Source of the DNA: an uncultured Saprospiraceae bacterium
GTDB taxonomy: Bacteria; Bacteroidota; Bacteroidia; Chitinophagales; Saprospiraceae
DNA: 39,698 nucleotides
Reading direction: 5' to 3'
Assembly (NCBI GenBank): GCA_964564885.1
Contig: CAZMEH010000109.1
Location: forward strand, 1-39,698
Part shown: positions 35,385-39,698 of the stretch, piece by piece
Position numbering within the stretch: the stretch's first letter is position 1
How the letters are laid out: each line of letters starts with the position of its first letter
Position numbers and translations under genes: made by a program
The notes under the pieces: generated by a model
Seen by the model: only the letters and a program-made list of their open reading frames with translations
What the model was told of the DNA's origin: nothing
Database searches by the model: none

Positions 35385-36122
35385 CTACACTTCCATCGTT
35401 TTATGAAGAATATTCAATTGACCACCGAACGCTTTTGCGATATTCTCATCAATAAAAGTCGTTTCTGTATCGCCAATAGCGACCAAACGTTGATTGAGTA
35501 GAATAACTTTATCAAAATATTCTCGAACGGTTGATAAGTCGTGATGAATCACTAGAATAGTTTTTCCCTCTTGAGAAAGCTTCTTTAATTGAACAAGAAT
35601 TTTCTCTTCTGTCGTAATATCAATTCCAACAAATGGCTCATCCAATAAGAAAATACTAGCTTCTTGACACAAAGCTCTAGCAATAAAAACACGTTGTTGC
35701 TGACCGCCAGAAAGTTCTCCGATTTGTCGGTCTTTAAGATTTGCAATGCCCATATCTTCCAAAGATTGCATCGCCAAATTCTTATCGTATTGGTTCATTC
35801 GCTCAAAAAAACGCTTGTGCGGATAACGTCCCATGAGCACGACATCGTAAACCGTTGCAGGAAACTGCCAATCCAAATCGCTCTTTTGTGGAACATAAAC
35901 TACTTCTTTCCGCTTGTTTTTAATGACATCGCCATCCACCACAACTTGTCCAGTATTGACTTCAATTAATCCAAGTATTGCTTTGAATAGCGTCGATTTA
36001 CCAGCACCATTTGCACCTAGAACACCGTATATATTGCCTTTTTCGATACTCAAATAGATATTGGTCAACGCCATTTTTCTATCATACGATACCGAAAGAC
36101 CTTTTATTTCTATTGTTTTCAT
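35385..36122 (-). CDS. Metal ABC transporter ATP-binding protein (ZnuC/MntA/TroB type)
   Basis: Walker A 'GANGAGKST', signature 'LSGGQQQRV', Walker B 'IFLLDEP' and an H-loop 'VIHHDL'. Confidence 0.93.
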   Translation of the reverse strand: MKTIEIKGLSVSYDRKMALTNIYLSIEKGNIYGVLGANGAGKSTLFKAILGLIEVNTGQVVVDGDVIKNKRKEVVYVPQKSDLDWQFPATVYDVVLMGRYPHKRFFERMNQYDKNLAMQSLEDMGIANLKDRQIGELSGGQQQRVFIARALCQEASIFLLDEPFVGIDITTEEKILVQLKKLSQEGKTILVIHHDLSTVREYFDKVILLNQRLVAIGDTETTFIDENIAKAFGGQLNILHKTMEV

Positions 36123-36139
36123 TGATGTAGAAAATTAAT

Positions 36140-36189
36140 GTAGCATAGGTAACTTGTCCCGATATTTCGGGACAAGTTACCTGTGCTAC
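36140..36189. repeat. 23-bp-stem hairpin with TCCCGA-TATT-TCGGGA core, intercistronic
   Basis: GTAGCATAGGTAACTTGTCCCGA TATT TCGGGACAAGTTACCTGTGCTAC (one mismatch). It lies between the SBP stop (36194) and the ATPase start (36122). Confidence 0.92.
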
Positions 36190-36193
36190 TATG

Positions 36194-37213
36194 CTACTTT
36201 TTCTTATTAAGTAGCATAGGCAAGAATAATAAAGCCGCACCACCAAAGAGCAAAATAATGATTAGGGTAATGCTAATTGGAGAATAACCGCTTCCGTCTG
36301 TTTCGTCAGAATTGTCTATTTCTTCCAAGTTGACTTTTCCTGTCAAAGCATTGACGATAGTTTCCGTATTCGTTAATAGCATTTTCTCATAAGTACCCGC
36401 TTCGCCGTCTGGGGCGCCCAATGAGTCAGCGTATAATGTACCGCCAATTTTGACTTTCGTATCCTTTGCAATTTGCCGTAACGTCCGTGGATTAATCGTA
36501 CTTTCCACAAAAATGGCAGGAATACCCGTTTCCTTAATGACTCTATATAATCGATTAATATCTTGCGTTTGTGCTTGCGCATCCGTTGAAGTTCCTAAGA
36601 TAGATTCCAACTGCAAACCGTATTTTCTACCATAATACTTAAACGCATCGTGAGAAGTTACTAAAACTCGTTTATCTGCTGGAATGGTTAAAATCAGTTC
36701 TTTCAAACGTATATCCAATGCTTCAATTCTTGTTTTGAATGCTTCAAAATTGCTTTCATAAGTTGCTGTATTTTCTGCGTTTAAAGCAATCAAAGCATTT
36801 TTAATATTCTCTGCATAGATAATTCCATTTGATGCATCCATCCAAGCATGCGGATCTGGCGAATTAGCATATTGATCACTTACAATAGGGTCAACGCCTT
36901 TCGTTGTGTTGATAACAGTTGCTTTTGTACCAGAATTTTCAATAAATTCATTCAACCAACCTTCTAGGGTTAAGCCGTTCATTAATATCAAATTCGCTTT
37001 GACAATTTTAATTGCATCTTGCGGAATCGGCTCGTATAAATGCGGGTCGCCGCCAGTCGGCACTAAGCTTTCTACTTCTACCAAATCACCTGCAATTTGC
37101 ATCGTGATGTCTTTTATAATGGTGGTCGTTACAACTACTTTCGGTTTTTCAGAAGCAAATAAAGCACTGATTAGAAAAGTGTTTATTAATAGTAATAATA
37201 TGTGTTTTCTCAT
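36194..37213 (-). CDS. Metal ABC transporter substrate-binding protein (cluster A-I, ZnuA/MntC/TroA type) with C-terminal transmembrane anchor
   Basis: Signal peptide, then 'GGDPHLYEP', 'PDPHAWMD', 'LVTSHDAFKYYG' and 'LYADSLG' blocks of TroA-like SBPs. An extra tail 'EEIDNSDETDGSGYSPISITLIIILLFGGAALLFLPMLLNKKK' follows. Confidence 0.9.
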   Translation of the reverse strand: MRKHILLLLINTFLISALFASEKPKVVVTTTIIKDITMQIAGDLVEVESLVPTGGDPHLYEPIPQDAIKIVKANLILMNGLTLEGWLNEFIENSGTKATVINTTKGVDPIVSDQYANSPDPHAWMDASNGIIYAENIKNALIALNAENTATYESNFEAFKTRIEALDIRLKELILTIPADKRVLVTSHDAFKYYGRKYGLQLESILGTSTDAQAQTQDINRLYRVIKETGIPAIFVESTINPRTLRQIAKDTKVKIGGTLYADSLGAPDGEAGTYEKMLLTNTETIVNALTGKVNLEEIDNSDETDGSGYSPISITLIIILLFGGAALLFLPMLLNKKK

Positions 37214-37251
37214 GGTATTTTTAATTTATAAAAGGTTCTTTGAAGTAGAGT

Positions 37252-37293
37252 CATTGTCAATTATCCATTGTCAATTATCTATTGTCCATTAAT
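37252..37293. repeat. 14-bp tandem repeat x3 (CATTGTCAATTATC)
   Basis: Two identical units (37252-37265, 37266-37279) plus a third with 4 mismatches. They fill the dtxR-SBP spacer. Confidence 0.9.
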
Positions 37294-37296
37294 TAG

Positions 37297-37947
37297 CTAT
37301 CTTACAAAAAGGTTTTGAGCGACTTTGTTTGAAATAATCTGCTCCTCTCCGCCATCAATTTTAATGCGAATAGAACCATCATATTCTGCAATCTTAATCA
37401 CTTCAATTGCTGTTCCTAGTTTCAATTTTAATAGGTCAAGGTAATTTAGAAACGATTTTGAATGTTCTTGAACGCCAACTATGACCGCTTGACTTCCTTC
37501 AAAATCAGATAAAATGACCTGTTTACGGAAGGTGAAATTTCCATCTTTATCAGGAATAGGATCACCGTGCGGATCAAATTTAGGGAAACCTAAAAACTCA
37601 TCTAAACTGTTGATTAGTTTATCAGAACGAATATGCTCTAACTCTTCTGCCAACGGATGAACTTCATCCCAAGCAAAATTGAGTTTGTCCACTAAAAAGA
37701 CTTCCCAAATTCTATGTTTACGAATAAGATTGGTGGCTACTTTTCGCCCGCTGTCCGTTAACCGAACGCCTTTCCATTTTTCATAAAGCACCAAATCTTT
37801 GTCTGCCAGCCGTTTAATCATGTCAGAAACAGAGGCTGCCGAAGTGCTCATGCTTCCTGCAATAGAATTGGTGCTAACGGGTGCGCCTTCTTTCTCAGAT
37901 ATTTTAAATATTGCTTTTAGATAGTTTTCTTCTGTACTCGAAACCAT
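37297..37947 (-). CDS. DtxR/MntR-family metal-dependent transcriptional regulator with FeoA/SH3-like C-terminal domain
   Basis: 'ENYLKAIFKI' and the HTH 'SIAGSMSTSAASVSDMIKRLADKDLV', then 'KHRIWEVFL', 'LAEELEH', 'DPHGDPIP'. It is the first gene of the metal-uptake operon. Confidence 0.9.
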   Translation of the reverse strand: MVSSTEENYLKAIFKISEKEGAPVSTNSIAGSMSTSAASVSDMIKRLADKDLVLYEKWKGVRLTDSGRKVATNLIRKHRIWEVFLVDKLNFAWDEVHPLAEELEHIRSDKLINSLDEFLGFPKFDPHGDPIPDKDGNFTFRKQVILSDFEGSQAVIVGVQEHSKSFLNYLDLLKLKLGTAIEVIKIAEYDGSIRIKIDGGEEQIISNKVAQNLFVR

Positions 37948-38008
37948 TAGTTCTAGCTTTAAATTTTAAACGCAACTAAAATGAAGATTGTTTATGTAAA
38001 TATAATAT

Positions 38009-38026
38009 TTTTAGATTAATCTAAAA
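38009..38026 (-). promoter_or_regulatory. Perfect 18-bp palindrome, candidate DtxR-family operator
   Basis: TTTTAGATTAATCTAAAA lies 62-79 nt upstream of the dtxR-like start codon. It is AT-rich with TTAG...CTAA half-sites, as in DtxR-type operators. Confidence 0.35.
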
Positions 38027-38046
38027 GTGTTTTTAGGTTTTAAAAA

Positions 38047-38074
38047 AATGAACTTCAATTAATTGAAATTCATT
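38047..38074 (-). terminator. Terminator after the UbiA/MqnP-like gene
   Basis: 28-bp palindrome AATGAACTTCAATT/AATTGAAATTCATT (one mismatch), with a T-run on the minus strand. Confidence 0.65.
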
Positions 38075-38139
38075 TTCTTAACTGATTAGTAGTTTGGTGA
38101 CTTTAGGTCATCAACTTACTATTATACCTAAAATATTTT

Positions 38140-39003
38140 CTAAAAAAATATCAAATCAAGAATCACCAAAATACCAAATACCATACTTGCAATGCCATTT
38201 GTAGTGAAAAAAGCTAAATTGACTTTGCTTAAATCATTTGGCTTAACTAGCAAATGTTGATAAATCAGCAAACTAATAAATATACAAACCGCCACCCAAT
38301 GTAACCAACCGAAACCACCTAGATAAGCCGCAGCCAAAACAACAACCGCAGTCGTAAAGTGTAGTATTTTAGAAAAGTGTAAAGCATTCTTTTTGCCTAG
38401 CCAAGTTGGAATAGAATGTAATTGAAGCGATTTGTCAAAACTTTCATCTTGAAGTGAATAAATGATATCAAAACCAGCGACCCAAAGCAATACAACGACG
38501 GAATACAAAACGGGTATCAAAGCAAATTCAGCTGTAACAGCAATATACGCCCCGATAGGCGCAAGTGCCAAACCTAAGCCCAAAACCAAATGGCATAAAG
38601 CGGTAAAACGCTTGGTATAGCTATATCCTAAGACAACAATCAAGGCGATTGGAGAAAGGAAAAAGCAAAGCGGATTGATGAAATACGTCGTTCCAATGAA
38701 CAATAGAACATTTAGAATAATAAAAAATAAGGCAGATTGTGGTTTGATAACGCCTGCTGGAATCTCACGAGTAATCGTTCGAGGATTTTTTGCGTCAATA
38801 TCTCTATCAACATACCGATTAAATGCCATTGCGGCACTTCTTGCAAAAATCATACAAAGGATAACTAAGCCTAATTTTAATAAAATATCACTAGTGAATT
38901 GCCCATCTTTTGCTAAATAAACGGCTAAAAAAAAGCCAATCATAGCAAAAGGTAAAGCAAAAACGGTGTGGCTAAATTTAATAAGAGATAAGTAGTTTTT
39001 CAT
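38140..39003 (-). CDS. UbiA-family polyprenyltransferase (4-hydroxybenzoate polyprenyltransferase-like / MqnP-like)
   Basis: 287 aa and polytopic, starting 'LIKFSHTVFALPFAMIG', with the Asp-rich motif 'NRYVDRDIDAKNPRT' and a second motif 'YSLQDESFD'. Confidence 0.88.
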   Translation of the reverse strand: MKNYLSLIKFSHTVFALPFAMIGFFLAVYLAKDGQFTSDILLKLGLVILCMIFARSAAMAFNRYVDRDIDAKNPRTITREIPAGVIKPQSALFFIILNVLLFIGTTYFINPLCFFLSPIALIVVLGYSYTKRFTALCHLVLGLGLALAPIGAYIAVTAEFALIPVLYSVVVLLWVAGFDIIYSLQDESFDKSLQLHSIPTWLGKKNALHFSKILHFTTAVVVLAAAYLGGFGWLHWVAVCIFISLLIYQHLLVKPNDLSKVNLAFFTTNGIASMVFGILVILDLIFF

Positions 39004-39063
39004 ATTGAAATTGGTTCAATGCGTTCTTAGTAGCTTGATAGAATAAAGAGCAGAAAGCGTTTT

Positions 39064-39486
39064 TTATTCTAGTTCAATCGTAAACTCTGTATCTTCATTA
39101 ATTGGCGCTTTGTAAACATCTTTTGCGGTTTCCATGATGAACTTAATTAATTGCATCTTAGCATCACCTGCTTCAAAACGAGTACTTTTTGAATAATTAC
39201 CAAAATCAGCTTCGCTCCAACCTAAATCTAATAACTGTTGATTTTGCGCATCGGAAAGTTGCAAATCCTCTGGAAGAAATTGATTACTCACCGCTTCACA
39301 ATAAAGCTCATTATTTCCTTTGCTTCCGGTGAATTGTAAATAATAATCTTCTGTCAAATAAATAATACAAATGTTTTGCTCTCCACCTTCTGTAGTGATT
39401 TCTTCCATTGCATTTATAACGTTATCCATTGATGTTATTTTTTGTTTATGATAATCTAATAAATGGGTCTTTAACAATTTCTGCAT
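39064..39486 (-). CDS. Hypothetical cytoplasmic protein (possibly YbjN/TY-chaperone-like)
   Basis: 140-aa ORF, acidic, alpha/beta pattern. The segment 'LSDAQNQQLLDLGWSEADFGNY' recalls YbjN-like domains, but the assignment is weak. Confidence 0.55.
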   Translation of the reverse strand: MQKLLKTHLLDYHKQKITSMDNVINAMEEITTEGGEQNICIIYLTEDYYLQFTGSKGNNELYCEAVSNQFLPEDLQLSDAQNQQLLDLGWSEADFGNYSKSTRFEAGDAKMQLIKFIMETAKDVYKAPINEDTEFTIELE

Positions 39487-39493
39487 TTTAGTC

Positions 39494-39523
39494 CAATGTT
39501 CCCAATAGCTATCGGGAACATTG
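39494..39523. repeat. Degenerate TCCCGA-type palindrome
   Basis: CAATGTTCCCAATAG / CTATCGGGAACATTG (one mismatch), 8 nt upstream of the start codon at 39486. Confidence 0.8.
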
Positions 39524-39698
39524 TATTAAAATAATATTCATTGTTGCAGAAATTGTCAAAGAGCCTAATAAATTGTAAAAATAAGACTTTACAAAGCTTA
39601 TCAAAGAAAACAGCTGATTGATTAAGTTGTTTTAATTATACTATATAAAATTAGGTTATGAATAACATAAATACTTACAGCCTAATTTTTAAATCATT

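Noticed and set aside
7270-39517. Could the recurring hairpins be a CRISPR array?
   Set aside because: Copies lie kilobases apart in separate intergenic regions, with variable loops and flanks. There are no regularly spaced unique spacers and no cas genes.

Overview
Low-GC chromosomal segment that looks like a Bacteroidota genome. The evidence is TAnnTTTG -7 promoter boxes, a T9SS C-terminal sorting domain and the overall gene content. I found no rRNA, tRNA, CRISPR array, transposase, integrase or phage genes. About 31 credible CDSs are mostly housekeeping: MoxR ATPase, Kbp/YgaU-like BON-LysM protein, M16 peptidase, 2-oxoacid dehydrogenase E2, CinA, lysS, prfC, smpB, MFS and MarC transporters, an Lrp/AsnC regulator, an orphan histidine kinase, a large OmpA-family protein and a T9SS-secreted beta-helix protein. 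Several items deserve a second look. (1) A dense family of intergenic hairpin modules, TCCCGA-N4-6-TCGGGA, has 9 perfect and 2 degenerate copies, all outside credible CDSs. They combine with other recurring words (TCTGACAG, TTACGAWT/TTATGAWT, ATTGTCAAT, GAGAGAAGAGAGA) into REP/BIME-like mosaic blocks. (2) A metal ABC-uptake operon has a permease fused to a complete DtxR/MntR-type repressor module, as in Chlamydia YtgCR, and also carries a free-standing DtxR paralogue. Its binding protein has a C-terminal membrane anchor, and its spacers are structured or repeat-filled. (3) An 868-aa protein has a duplicated N-terminal domain of unknown function fused to two tandem CbbX/SpoVK-type AAA+ modules. 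(4) A geranylgeranyl-reductase-family flavoprotein and a DGGGPS-like UbiA prenyltransferase lie divergent from a SAM methyltransferase. (5) LysRS has a ~70-aa helix-hairpin-helix-like insertion ahead of its anticodon-binding domain. (6) A small accessory islet (20.2-21.6 kb) holds a degraded ORF. All functional calls rest on motif recognition by eye; no database search was run.
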